A stretch of 54,637 bases of DNA, counting the filler, from Bipalium vagum (taxonomy: Eukaryota), in assembly GCA_037834085.1 (NCBI GenBank). It is 3 parts of 3 records of this genome, joined end to end, with 100 filler letters (N's around TTAATTAATTAA, not from the genome) between each part and the next. Parts side by side here need not be neighbours in the genome. Positions count along the whole stretch, not along the records: positions 19,838 to 38,146 come from JBBMKC010033330.1; 2 more parts are not named here. One strand, written 5' to 3'. The notes beneath the pieces are model-generated. The model worked only from the letters and a program-made list of their open reading frames with translations, searched no databases and had not been told where the DNA came from. This document shows positions 24,901-36,017 of this stretch, piece after piece; within the stretch, counting starts at the first letter, position 1; the number at the start of each line of letters is the position of its first letter. The translations under genes and the position numbers were made by a program.

Positions 24901-25993
24901 TATGAAAATCAATTTCAAATTGATTTTGTAAAACAATTTTACAACTTACATTATATAATAAAATATAGATTATTTATTACTAGACTTAATATTATACTCT
25001 CAAAATCGGGCTAATGTCTCGAAAATTCTTTACCACCCTTCAACCAATTTCAATACCAAACCTCAAAAAATGATATACTTATGATTATAAATATTTTATT
25101 TTATTTTTATAAAACTGACTGAATATTTTGGAAAATAAAACCGGTGAAATAAAATAAAACTAAATTTTTATTTATTTATTAAATAATTATTATTTATTAT
25201 AATTCAAATTATCCTGGTTAGAATATTAAATTATAAATTCCATCATAATAAAAGACGTTGGGAAAATAATTAGAAAACAAGCACATTGCAAGCCAGCCTG
25301 TGTGAGAAATTACCAAAATAAAAGTGAAATTCAATTAATTAATTAATTAATTTCATAAATTAGGTGAAATATTGAGGTAATAATTTTAAATGTAGTCCAT
25401 TTCTTATTGAAGAAAATAACTAAAAAACCAGATACATTATTTACTTTCAATTAATTAATATCCGGTAATGCCAATTTATTAATAATTAATTTGTTCCAAT
25501 ATTATAAAAAATACTTTTTCGAGAATTTTTTCTTTTTTTTCCAGGAAAAACAAGCAGAAAAAAATTTAATTCACATTTCAAAAATTTTCCTTTTTTTAAT
25601 TTATAAATAAATAAATAAATAAAATTTTAAAAAATCGAAAAAAGAATATATTCCTTTTCTCTGATTGTTGTCCGCAATTTTGAAAAGAAATAAAAATAAA
25701 ACCATTTTGAAAAATGTCAGATTTGGATATTTATATCTAATTTCCTTTTTTTATTCTAAATCCCACGGCCATTAACAGTTTTTTGCTAATAATAATAATC
25801 TTTTAATATTGTTAATAAATGAAAATAATTATTTATTTAAGAACCCATCTGGAAATTTTGCAATAAAATTGGCATATTACACTGCTAGCGCTTATCGTTA
25901 CTTTCCCACTTCCCATTAATATTTTTTGTTTATTTAGACGAAAATAGATTTTGTTTTGTTTCAGCCTAAATTACCTATTTAAAATTAGAAAAT

Positions 25994-26137
25994 ATGATCA
26001 GACTAACATTATTTATTTTATTTTTGCTTATTGCCACTGATGGTGATGATTGTAAAATTGTAAAAAATGAAAAAAAATCTATAAAAAGAAATCCAGAGAA
26101 CGAAGAACAATCGTACCTTATGGAAGAGACGTTTTAA
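25994..26137 (+). CDS. Candidate 47-aa secreted small peptide precursor
   Basis: MIRLTLFILFLLIATDG|DDCKIVKNEKKSIKRNPENEEQSYLMEETF*: signal-peptide-like start plus KK and KR sites. Could be chance from T-rich DNA. Confidence 0.22.
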   Translation: MIRLTLFILFLLIATDGDDCKIVKNEKKSIKRNPENEEQSYLMEETF

Positions 26138-26459
26138 ACAAAATCAATCGTCTTTTCATTTATAGTGGAATCCGTTTTATTGTTATAATTGATGTTGGTA
26201 AATATCAATTATTAAATATTGACTGGCATTTTTGTTTTAATGTTTTTACAAGCAAGAGATTAACGCTTTTTAAGAACAACACCAATTTCAAATGGTTAGA
26301 GAGATCATAAGAAACCACTTGAATAATTGGTTAGCCGATTGAGAGTGAGTAGATTATGACAATTTAAGATGCAATAGTCGCTAAACCCATAAATATTTGC
26401 TTTCGTTTCAACTATCTATTTACGTAAATAAAAAATAAAATCGTTGTTTTATTGTTCAG

Positions 26460-26569
26460 GATTGCGTTCTACGGAATCAAATATTGATATATCGAGAATC
26501 CCTTGCCGGGTTTGTGGCGGAAAATCATCCGGATTCCACTTCGGTTCCCTAACTTGTGAAGGGTGCAAG
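26460..26569 (+). CDS. Nuclear receptor exon: first C4 zinc finger with P-box CEGCK(G), 2DBD-NR second-DBD-like
   Basis: TTGTTCAG| acceptor; reads [36 protein letters not shown]; |GT donor at the common CK/GFF intron position. Confidence 0.93.
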
Positions 26570-26812
26570 GTTGTCTATTATCAATTTATATATTTATGTA
26601 ATACCCTACCATGAAAATATTTAAATTACCATAAAATAAAATAATAATATTAATATAAAATAAAATCTAATAAAATATAAATAATTATTTTTTTTAATTT
26701 TATAAAAAATAAAAAAATAAAATTTTTAGTTTTTTAAAATTAAATTTTTTTTAATTATAATTTTTTAATAATTTTTAAAATAAATAAACTCGAACTCCTA
26801 ATTGTTTGATAA

Positions 26813-28243
26813 CACTGGCCAACAAAAAAATTTCATCAGAGATGAAATTAGATGTTCCAAGTAGAGCTGGAGAAAGTGAAAAATTATAAATGGGATCATA
26901 TTCATAGATTGTCAGAATATGGGAAAGGCAGGAAACGTGTTGTCAGAAAATAATGTTTAAATTGATTTGATTTGTTAATATGAAATTATTAATATTATGC
27001 AAGATAATTCTACCAATGAATTGTGTTTATTTGTTTTTAGATATTTCATTAATTACAACTTCACATTACTGTTTTCATTGATTTTGCCCAAGACAGTACA
27101 GAAACAATCCAGATATTTTGTTGTTTGTGGGTCATTTACTACAACATTACAGCGACATTCAATCACATCAATTCTTAGTCATGTTTATCGCATATGCTTT
27201 GGATGTCCACTGGGAACCCAATGACAAATCATGGGTATCTCATGTCATCTACTCACCTCCAGTAATTTGCGTGACTGGATAAACAAACGGAAAAAGTCAA
27301 TATCATTTACTGTATGTCGTGAACCAAGTAACCATTGCAGTGACTTATTTTAAATGTTGAACACAGTCTGTTTCTCAACATAAAATAAGCACAAATTTCT
27401 TTAACTAAATTTTACTTCTGCTATGAGGCCCGTTCTTCATGATGATTCCCTATCAGTTCCATACCATCAATAGACGGAATAAGTTGTATTGACGATGTAG
27501 AAGGAATTGTTGAAAGTGCAACAAGTGATGATCTGCAATCTACTGTAAGTGATGCTTACTATATTCCATCAGAAGCATTAGAGTCTGAATCATTTACACA
27601 AGAAGAGTTAAATGACTTAGTTCATGATATGTATTTGTCTAAGGAAAAGGGAGAACTTCTTGCTTCACAACTAAAGCAAAAAAATCTACTTGCACATAAT
27701 ATTATAATACATAATAATATAACTGGTTTTGTGAATCTTTGTCAACTCCACATGGCGCATGTTTAATAATTCGTCGCAAATGATTCTTCAGACAGTTCTG
27801 TTGCATAATGGAAATACTGAACACTACTCCTGTTGCTCACTCTGTTCAATGATGAAAGAATTATGAAAACATTTCGGTTTTGCTTGAGATAATTATACAC
27901 AATACTCATTTACGGTGATCCTACAGTAATTAGTATGTTCATGGGTATGCAAGAAGATTTCGCAAAGAACTGCTGTTTCTTATGACTCTGGAATAGTGGA
28001 GCTATGAATGAGCTTTATGAAAAAGTGGCAGGCAATGTGTGTCTTCCTTTGGTTTATCGAAAATAAATATTTCAATCATTTCTTCACATTAAGTTAGGAT
28101 TAAACAAAATTTTTAGGAAAACCATAACCAAGACAAAATTATAAAAAATTAATTAAAAAATTTTTAATCTTTTTGTTAATATTTCAATTTTTAAAGCATT
28201 TTTTATCACTCTGATTAAAAAAAGATTTTTGTTCAGAACAGTG
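26813..28243 (+). mobile_element. Internally deleted Chapaev3-like (CMC superfamily) DNA transposon in the receptor intron
   Basis: Termini CACTG..AACAAAA..ATCAGAG on both ends (right end ..GTTCAGAACAGTG); motifs REPSNHCSD, SAMRPVLHDDSL, FTQEELNDLVHDMYLSKEKGELLASQLKQKNLL, VLLHNGN, GMQEDFAKNCCFL*LWNS. Confidence 0.8.
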
Positions 28244-28689
28244 ACGAAAGGGTTTTATTTTGGTCTAATATTCCACATTTCACGTTTCTCAGATCAGACA
28301 GTTCTGATCTTTCAGATGTTTCTAAAAATCAATAAAATTAAAAATCCACGTGAATGGATTAGATTGACAGCAAATGAAGCTACATAGAAATTTATTTTTA
28401 CAATAATAATAGTATAAATTCTATGAAAATAATCGATATCACTGTTCAGGATAAATAAATCTTCCGTTTCTCGAAGAGGTCAACGTTTCTCATTAGCAAA
28501 ATGCTCTAATCGAAAACGACACTTACAAATTGTCGATATATTCCCCAAGAGTTATTTATAAAAGTATACATTAGAACGACCTTTATACATTTATCTAAGA
28601 AAAAAAACCCGAGATATTTTTACAAAAAGTTTCAAATTCGGATATACTTATTATTTTAAACATCTTTTTTTGTTTTTCATAATATTTAA

Positions 28690-28855
28690 NNNNNNNNNNN
28701 NNNNNNNNNNNNNNNNNNNNNNNNNNNNNNNNNNNNNNNNNNNNNNNNNNNNNNNNNNNNNNNNNNNNNNNNNNNNNNNNNNNNNNNNNNNNNNNNNNNN
28801 NNNNNNNNNNNNNNNNNNNNNNNNNNNNNNNNNNNNNNNNNNNNNNNNNNNNNNN
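28690..28855. other. Assembly gap
   Basis: N run. Confidence 0.99.
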
Positions 28856-29329
28856 AAAATTAAAAAATTTTTTTTAAAATAAAATGAAAAAAGAAATTTT
28901 GTTTTACATATTTACAAAATTTATCCGATTTCATTATTATTAAAGTGTAAAAATCAATAAAAAGATAAAAAAACTTTTATGAAAATATTAATGATTTATG
29001 TGATAAGTGGATCTTTGTTTAACCTATACGGCTTTTTTTGCATAAATTCGCTTAAAGATTGATTACATTTTGAAAAAACAAAATTCATAAACCATTATCT
29101 AAAAAACTGAATATTTTTAGAAACAAGAATTTTTAAAAAAGCCAATTAAAATTATTTTAAAATTTAATATTTTTTAAAAATTTTAATTTTAAAAGAAAAT
29201 TTAAAAATTTATTTTATTAATAATATTGAAATGTGACATTTTTACATTATAAGTAGGTGACATCCTTTAATAATCATTCCCAGAAAATGGTAGGTCTCAG
29301 AAAAATTCCAATTGTTTTTCGCTTTATTT

Positions 29330-29892
29330 TCAATGACAACTACCTACAATCGGATGTCCAAAATGTAGTTCAAGTTTAATGGGATGGGGTGCCATCAGCT
29401 CCAGTGGTAAATCTCCTTTGATTGTGAACAGTTTAAAGTATCAAAAGATACTTACAGAAACAAATCTTACCATGGTGGCTTTGTATCCAAGGTTCGTGTT
29501 TCAGCCAGATGGTGCATCGTGTTACACATCAAAATCAACACAAAGTTGGTTCAAGGCAAGGATGTTTCGGACTGACCACAAAAGTCTCCAGATCTGAACC
29601 CGATAAAAAAAAAGATTGTGCAGAAAGAAAATCCACTAAAGTTGGAAGATCTCGAAAGAATTGTCAAGAAAATCTGGGAAACTCTTTCTACCAGCTACCT
29701 AGTCATTTTGATTAATTCGATGCCAAGTCGTCTTTCTAAATGCCTTGAGTTAAATGGTGATCTAACTGGATAATAACTTTTGTTTATTATTTATAGATGT
29801 TATGTGTTATTAAAATAAAGTGAGCACTTTAATTTACAGCATCTTTTTAAAAATAGCTTTATTATCGGGGCAAGTAATTTTTGCTCTGTGTA
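29330..29892 (+). mobile_element. Tc1-like element, 3' half
   Basis: MGWGAISSSG, NSLKYQKIL, FQPDGASCYTSKSTQSWF, *PQKSPDLNPI, SMPSRLSKCLELNGDLTGY*. Confidence 0.8.
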
Positions 29893-30699
29893 TTAAAGTT
29901 TGAACATTTGAGACTTACAACATTTATAAATAATCTCATTCTATTTGAAAAGGACGTTGGTTTTCTGAACGATACTCTGGACCACTTTCGTGTTTATTTT
30001 CATATCTCATATGATGCGATATATGAAAAAAAATCAATAATATTATCCCCCAGAATTTTTTTTTATTTTTCAATCATAAATATGGTGGTTTTTGACTGGT
30101 GATGTATTGTTCCTGTAGTCAAAATAAGTGTATTTCATAAATAGGACTTTTGACCGAATAATTTGGATATCTTTCGAAATTGATGTGTATATATTGACAA
30201 AATATAAATAAATAAAGTAAAATTAGAATGTGAAAGTTTACAGAGAACGGCAGTGTAATGTATTTGACAGTTCAACTGAGGAGACAATCAAAAATTAAGG
30301 TTACCTCTCATGGTTTTCTAAATTGATATTTGTTTAGTTTCATTTTGACATTTTAATTGTGTTTTCATTATTGTGTTGATATTATTTTGGAAAAATATAT
30401 AAAGTTTATATTTTTTGTATAATTATGTTATAAAATATTGCCAATGTGCCAAGATAAAATTTAAAAGTCAAAAAACATTTTTTTAATTGTAAATTTTACT
30501 AAATCGTTCCAATATAATGTGGATTTGTTAATTTGAATAGGCATTTGTTTTATATACATATTCTCTAAATGTTATAAATTTCTTTTAATTTATCCAATGT
30601 ATACTCAAAGACAATTAAGCTGCAAATTTAAAATGTCTCTTGCAGTCATTCATAGGATTTTGAAAAATGAGAAAATGATTACAAGTCAAAGCAAAATGA

Positions 30700-31300
30700 A
30701 TATGAAGAAATGAAGGACTTATTTTAAAACACAAGAGATTGATTCTCATCTGTTCGAGTGGTTTATTATGAAACGCCAAAAACATATTAGTGTAACTGAT
30801 GATAATGTGACAGCTATGGGTCTTAAGTTAGCTACAATTTAGGCATTAGATCAAGGTATAATTTGGTCTTTTAAGCAGCAGTATAAAAAGATTCTAATCA
30901 GAAATTTAATTTTTGAATCGGAAAGCACAAATATTGATTATGAATCGTTTGTTAAAATGTTAAATTGATGGAGTTCATCTCAAAATGGGGTAATTAATTA
31001 ATTGGGGTAATTATTAATTCCTTCAACCATTCTATCAAAAACGCACAGGTAGATTATACATTGATAACGATTAATAAGAGCGATTATATTGACTTTCCGC
31101 GATATGATCCATTGGAATATGACTTCATTTCAAAAATTAATGCGGAAATTTTAAATGATAGTGACTCTATAAAGAAGTCAGTACAGAATTTCCCCTCTGA
31201 AAATGACGATATAACTCAATATGATGTGAATTTAAAAATTAGAAAATGTTTTTCCTGGAAAATATTCCAGATAAATTGAAAACAATATAAAAAGTCAAAG
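30700..31300 (+). mobile_element. Decayed pogo/Tigger remnant
   Basis: ALDQGIIWSFKQQYKKIL near 30843 (QPLDQGII..FK..Y motif) with an acidic tail downstream. Confidence 0.5.
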
Positions 31301-31349
31301 ATGAATTTTTGGCCGAAAGAAAATCAAAAGTCTTAGGATGTTTGATGTC

Positions 31350-32400
31350 TTAATTAGGAATAAAAATCGTCGTTTTTTTCGTTGGATAATAAAAATTGTT
31401 ATGTAACAAGTTCAATTTGGTGAATTCTAGTGTTTCTTATAGACAGGTCCGACTGTATCTGTTATATAATATTTTAGGAAAACTTTGGAAATCCGAATTT
31501 GGATTTATTAATCAAAAAATATCATACTCAAACTTCATGACAAACCACATACCGGTCGGTCATCCAGTTTTTTATGATGACCAATTCATCACTACCGTGA
31601 TAGAGAACACCCGTCAAACATTCCGAGACTTGTCTTAGAGAATGCATACCAATTCAATAGCAATCTACTATCACTAAATTTCAAATGAGTATTATCCAAA
31701 ACTCAGTGCTTGTTCGTAATATCGGCTGAACGAAGCAATCCAAGAAACTCCTTTAAAATTGCTGCTCAAAATTTTGCCAGACACTGAGAAATAATTTTTA
31801 TCGAATCATTACGGGGTTGAGAAATTGTGAACTTTTGAATCACATGAAGTGGTGCTTGACTCCTGCTTGCACAATAACGATCAGAATTAAAATAGATTTA
31901 CATGCCAAGTTTGTTTGATGGAGTTTGGTAGGTCTCATACACTTGGAAATGATACAGAAAACAAAACAGTCAATAAACATCTATGCATGAATCAATTGCG
32001 TCGAGCAAACGACATTATGAAAGAGAAAAGACAAGATAAAATCAAAGTAATTCCTCTCCATGATAGTGAGAAACCACAGAGATCGAATATCGTCTAAATC
32101 ATCATTAAAGAGCTCGATTGGGAGTTCTTCAACATATTCTGTATTCTGAAGACATTGTACCCCAAGAGATTTCTGCTTGTTGTCTAACCAAATGAGAGGC
32201 ATTACTTTTGAGAAGGAGTACCTTAAAAAGTGGTTGACCAATTTCTAAGTTAATCTAATGATCTCTAGAATAAAGGTTGCAACAAACTGTTGGAAATATG
32301 GGAAAAGGTTTTACATAATAACGGAAATTACATTATCTATTGATTTTTCCTTAATATTTGTAAAAAAATGTTTTACTATAAATCTTACCTATTTATTATT
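31350..32400 (+). mobile_element. Decayed mariner element
   Basis: GHPVFYDD (GRP-like), NQLRRAN, VIPLHDSEKPQ, IKELDWE, LKKWLTNF, WEKVLHNNGNYIIY*. Confidence 0.7.
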
Positions 32401-32663
32401 AAAGTAAATAGCTTCAACTTTTAATGAGCGAAGGTAGTGTATTTTTTATTAATTTCCAAAAAATATAATTTCGAAGATTAATAATTTATGAATATATAAA
32501 GAAAATTATTTTATAATTTTACGACTTAATAAAATATTATAAAACATTATCTTAATTTTTTTTGTGAAAAAAAAGTGGTAATTTTTTTATAAATCTGATT
32601 TTTCTTTTTTTATTAATAAAGAACTTTCACAACTTAATTTATTATTAAAATAATTATTTAAAG

Positions 32664-32808
32664 GGCTTTTTTCGGAGGGCAGAATCTGTGAAGGATAGGC
32701 TGGAGTGCATCACAGGAAAATTTAATTGCAAAATTGACACATCCCATAAATTGCTCTGTAAATCTTGTCGATATCGCCGGTGTATTGAAGTCGGAATGTC
32801 GAAGATAG
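32664..32808 (+). CDS. Nuclear receptor exon: recognition helix, second C4 zinc finger and GMS
   Basis: AAG| acceptor; GFFRRAESVKDRLECITGKFNCKIDTSHKLLCKSCRYRRCIEVGMSKI; G|GTATGA donor; joins 26460-26569 in phase 0. Confidence 0.95.
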
Positions 32809-32878
32809 GTATGATTTCGGTGTTTTTACTATAATTTTTTTTAACTACAATAATAATTAATATGAATAATAATAGCAA

Positions 32879-33380
32879 TATTGGGTCATGTAATAAGTAT
32901 TTCGTATTTTGGGTAGTATATTTAAATCAACATAGAAAAATGTTTTTGAATGTCAATCAATGATATATTCTCCATCAAACTGTACAACGTGTAACTATCT
33001 CTGAGTTAGTGCTTTATTTCCTCTGCGATTCCTCTCATCAAAACATTTATAACTTTTCCCGAGCAGTATGTAGTTTCGCATTGTCGTGTTATAGTATCAC
33101 ACCTTTTCAATTTCTTAAAATAGACCTGATATTTTGACTCACTCTCTATTTGTTTAGAATAGAATCCAGCATTTATAATATTGTTATTTTTCAAAAGATC
33201 CCAATATAAAATACCATGGATATTCACCAAACAAAGAATAACACCTTTTTAGGCTGTGGACCAGACTATACAGTGGGGAGAGAAACTTGGTTAGGATTTA
33301 ATCATTGCCTATCTCTTTTGCTGTTGATGTAGACAATCCATTTCTCATTTCCAGTCATCAATCGATAAAGAAGTGAATTA
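32879..33380 (-). mobile_element. Internally deleted mariner, 3' part (same family as 53107-54000)
   Basis: RLMTGNEKWIVY, PKKVLFFVW, GILYWDLL..INAGFYSKQI, GEYIID*; end TATTGGGTCATG..TTTCGTATTTT..ATATTTAAATCAACA shared with about 53107-53160. Confidence 0.8.
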
Positions 33381-35399
33381 GTTTGTAATTATATTATAAT
33401 ATATTCCCAAATGCTCAATTTGCTGATCTTTTCAATACTTTTTAAGACTGTGTTGAAATAAAAATGAAAGGTCCGTTTCTGTTGACCAAAGCCGAACATT
33501 ATACCTTTGCTTATTACAATGAATTAACATTAAATTAGAAAGAGCTGTCATTTGTAAAATAGGTTTTTTTGATGAAGAATTTTCTTAAGTGATGAACATT
33601 GAAAGATTTGAAATGAAAGAAAATATAAAATATATTCAAGAACACCAAAATTGTTTTAAAAAAAGTCGAAATAGATAAAACTTGGTAGATGCATGAGAAT
33701 CGGTAGAGAAAAATAATCATAAATCACAACATTCTAGTCTATTAAACTGAACTTGGTCTTAAGTTCACAAAGAGAGGTTATTCAAGTCCAACTATTGAGT
33801 TATGAAATCACCGATATCAGTCTCAAAATAAAACGTATTGAATTTTTTCAATGATTTTGACCCCTGTGAGAAATGCGTGATATGTTGTCACTTGTTAATT
33901 ATTAACACCAGAATCCATCAGTTTCAAATCAACGAAAATAAAAACAGAGGCAATTGGATCGAGTGGAAAACTGATCGGTTTCGCAGCCGCTCAACTCGTA
34001 TGCAACGAATTATTTTCCCATATCTTTTCCCGTAAGATCTTATGGGCCATTACTAGCGTTAATTTCTAAATGGAAAGATACATTGAAAGAAAACACGGAG
34101 AAAAATGTAACGATTTCATTAATCAGTTATATATTCAGATAATGTAATGAAATTTAATGAACGAGCCCACGACTTAAAAAAATTAATCATTAAATTATTT
34201 TTGTTTTAATCGATCAAATCTTATCGATTGGAAAAGAGAGAAAGGAGAATGGTTCTAAGAAAATTAATTAAAAGCACGATAATTTAATTAATCGTGATTT
34301 TAAAGAGAAACTCACAATGTTTAGTGGATAATAGATCATTAGAGAAAATGTAACTTTGACGTTCTCGTTACATTTCAAGGTTTAATTCGCTAATGACTGA
34401 AAGTATCGAACTGGTACGGTTGCTGCTACCCAATGGTCTGAGATCAATAAAAATCCGATATTATTTAAACGATATTTGAGAAATGTTACATTGGTTTTGG
34501 TGGTTGGTTCATACGAAATATTTTCGGCGAAATCTGAATGAACGTGATTAAATCAATTTTTTGTTTAACATAAAACCAAAGGTTTAAATTTCCCAGCTTA
34601 TTCAATATGACTACTTCACTGGGTAGAAGGAGTTGTGAAAAGTTCGATTTGTTTGGAAAAATATTAATGTGTTTCCGTTTTGTTTTAATCAACTAAAAGT
34701 ACATTTCAGCTTAATTCAATAGCAGAATAATATTATCTTCCTAATAGGAAACGAAGGAGCCTTTTCATCAAATATTTAAATTATTATGGAATGAAGATGA
34801 AGATTGGATAGAGTTATTTTTTCTTGTTGAAAAATCAGGAAAATAGTTTCCAAGTTGTGAGAAAAACCTTGAAATTATTGTGAAAAATATAGAAAATCAG
34901 TTCTTAGGTGGACAGGCATTGGTGAAGTTAAGGACTTAAGTAGTGGTGGTTATTGTTTAATCTACATTAAAAGTAATGTATCTCCCTATTGATTAATCTT
35001 CACATGAATAGTTAAGTTACGAAAATCAATCACAAGGGTCTATGTTTCATTGTGTACAAATCTAATGAAAAATTGTCACAAAAATTCTTTTTCATTGATC
35101 TATTATTGTGAAATTATTATTTTAACAATTTGAAATATTTTCTCAACAAATATTGTATTAGGTTTAATAATAATGAAAAATATTAAGTTATATTATTAAA
35201 AAGAGATAATTTGTGTTTTTAATAATAAAAGTCTTGATTAAAAGTGTCGGTTCAAAATTTGACTGATTAAAATATGAATTTTGTAGAAATAAAGATTTTG
35301 ATTTATCTGGAATTAGAATTTTTTAGACTATAATGTTCTGGAAATATAAAAATTTCTCATATTTCTGAACGACTTTTTCAGTCTTTTGTCGTTTCTTTT

Positions 35400-36017
35400 A
35401 TATATAGTATTTCTCATCTGAGAAGAACCTTAAATGTCCGGTACTGTCATGTTTTATGTCATTAAGCGAAGCCAGTGCTTTAAGTTTTCGGCTTGACTTC
35501 AATCTTTCTGTTAACAGTTGTCGACATGGGAGACCATTAGATTTGTAGAATATATCTTGCTTTATTGCTACGATAATTATTGACAAGACCAAGTTCATTT
35601 CCTTGGGGAGATCAGCAATACTTTTCGAGCCATCAGCATCAATTTTCTCTTTTAAATCGGAAATGAAAGTTTCATTTCTTTTTGAGTTAGAGCGTTTGAT
35701 GTGACCCTTTCTTTTAATTTATATTGTCCGTGTCTAGATTTTCCTTAAACATTTTGGCGAGATTGTATACTATTTTTGTGGTGTAACCAAACCAATTGAT
35801 AATTCGTTGGGGTGTTTTCTGGCGCGAAGCGATTCGAGTAATGCTGTTCTTCTGTCGTATTCCGAAGAAATATCTAAAACGTTAAAATTTAGTTTTGATA
35901 TATTGATATTATTGATATATTAGCTTACTTTAACAAATAAAAGTCAGATGGATTATATAGAAATATTTATATAATATTAGTTTGAAAATATTCCCGATTT
36001 ACCTCAAACACCATGTA
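35400..36017 (-). mobile_element. maT (DD37D)-like Tc1/mariner element, 5' half
   Basis: End TACATGGTGTTTGAGGTAAATCGG; N-terminus EYDRRTALLESLRA..WFGY; RQLLTERLK..RFFSDEK. Confidence 0.7.

Noticed and set aside
28670-28882. ORFs containing X runs (also 19786-20013 and 48282-48557)
   Set aside because: Artefacts of translating through gaps.
32654-32878. Minus-strand 74-aa ORF (likewise 7637-7879 and 39980-40354)
   Set aside because: Antisense shadows of the receptor exon, the 225-aa ORF and a mariner respectively.
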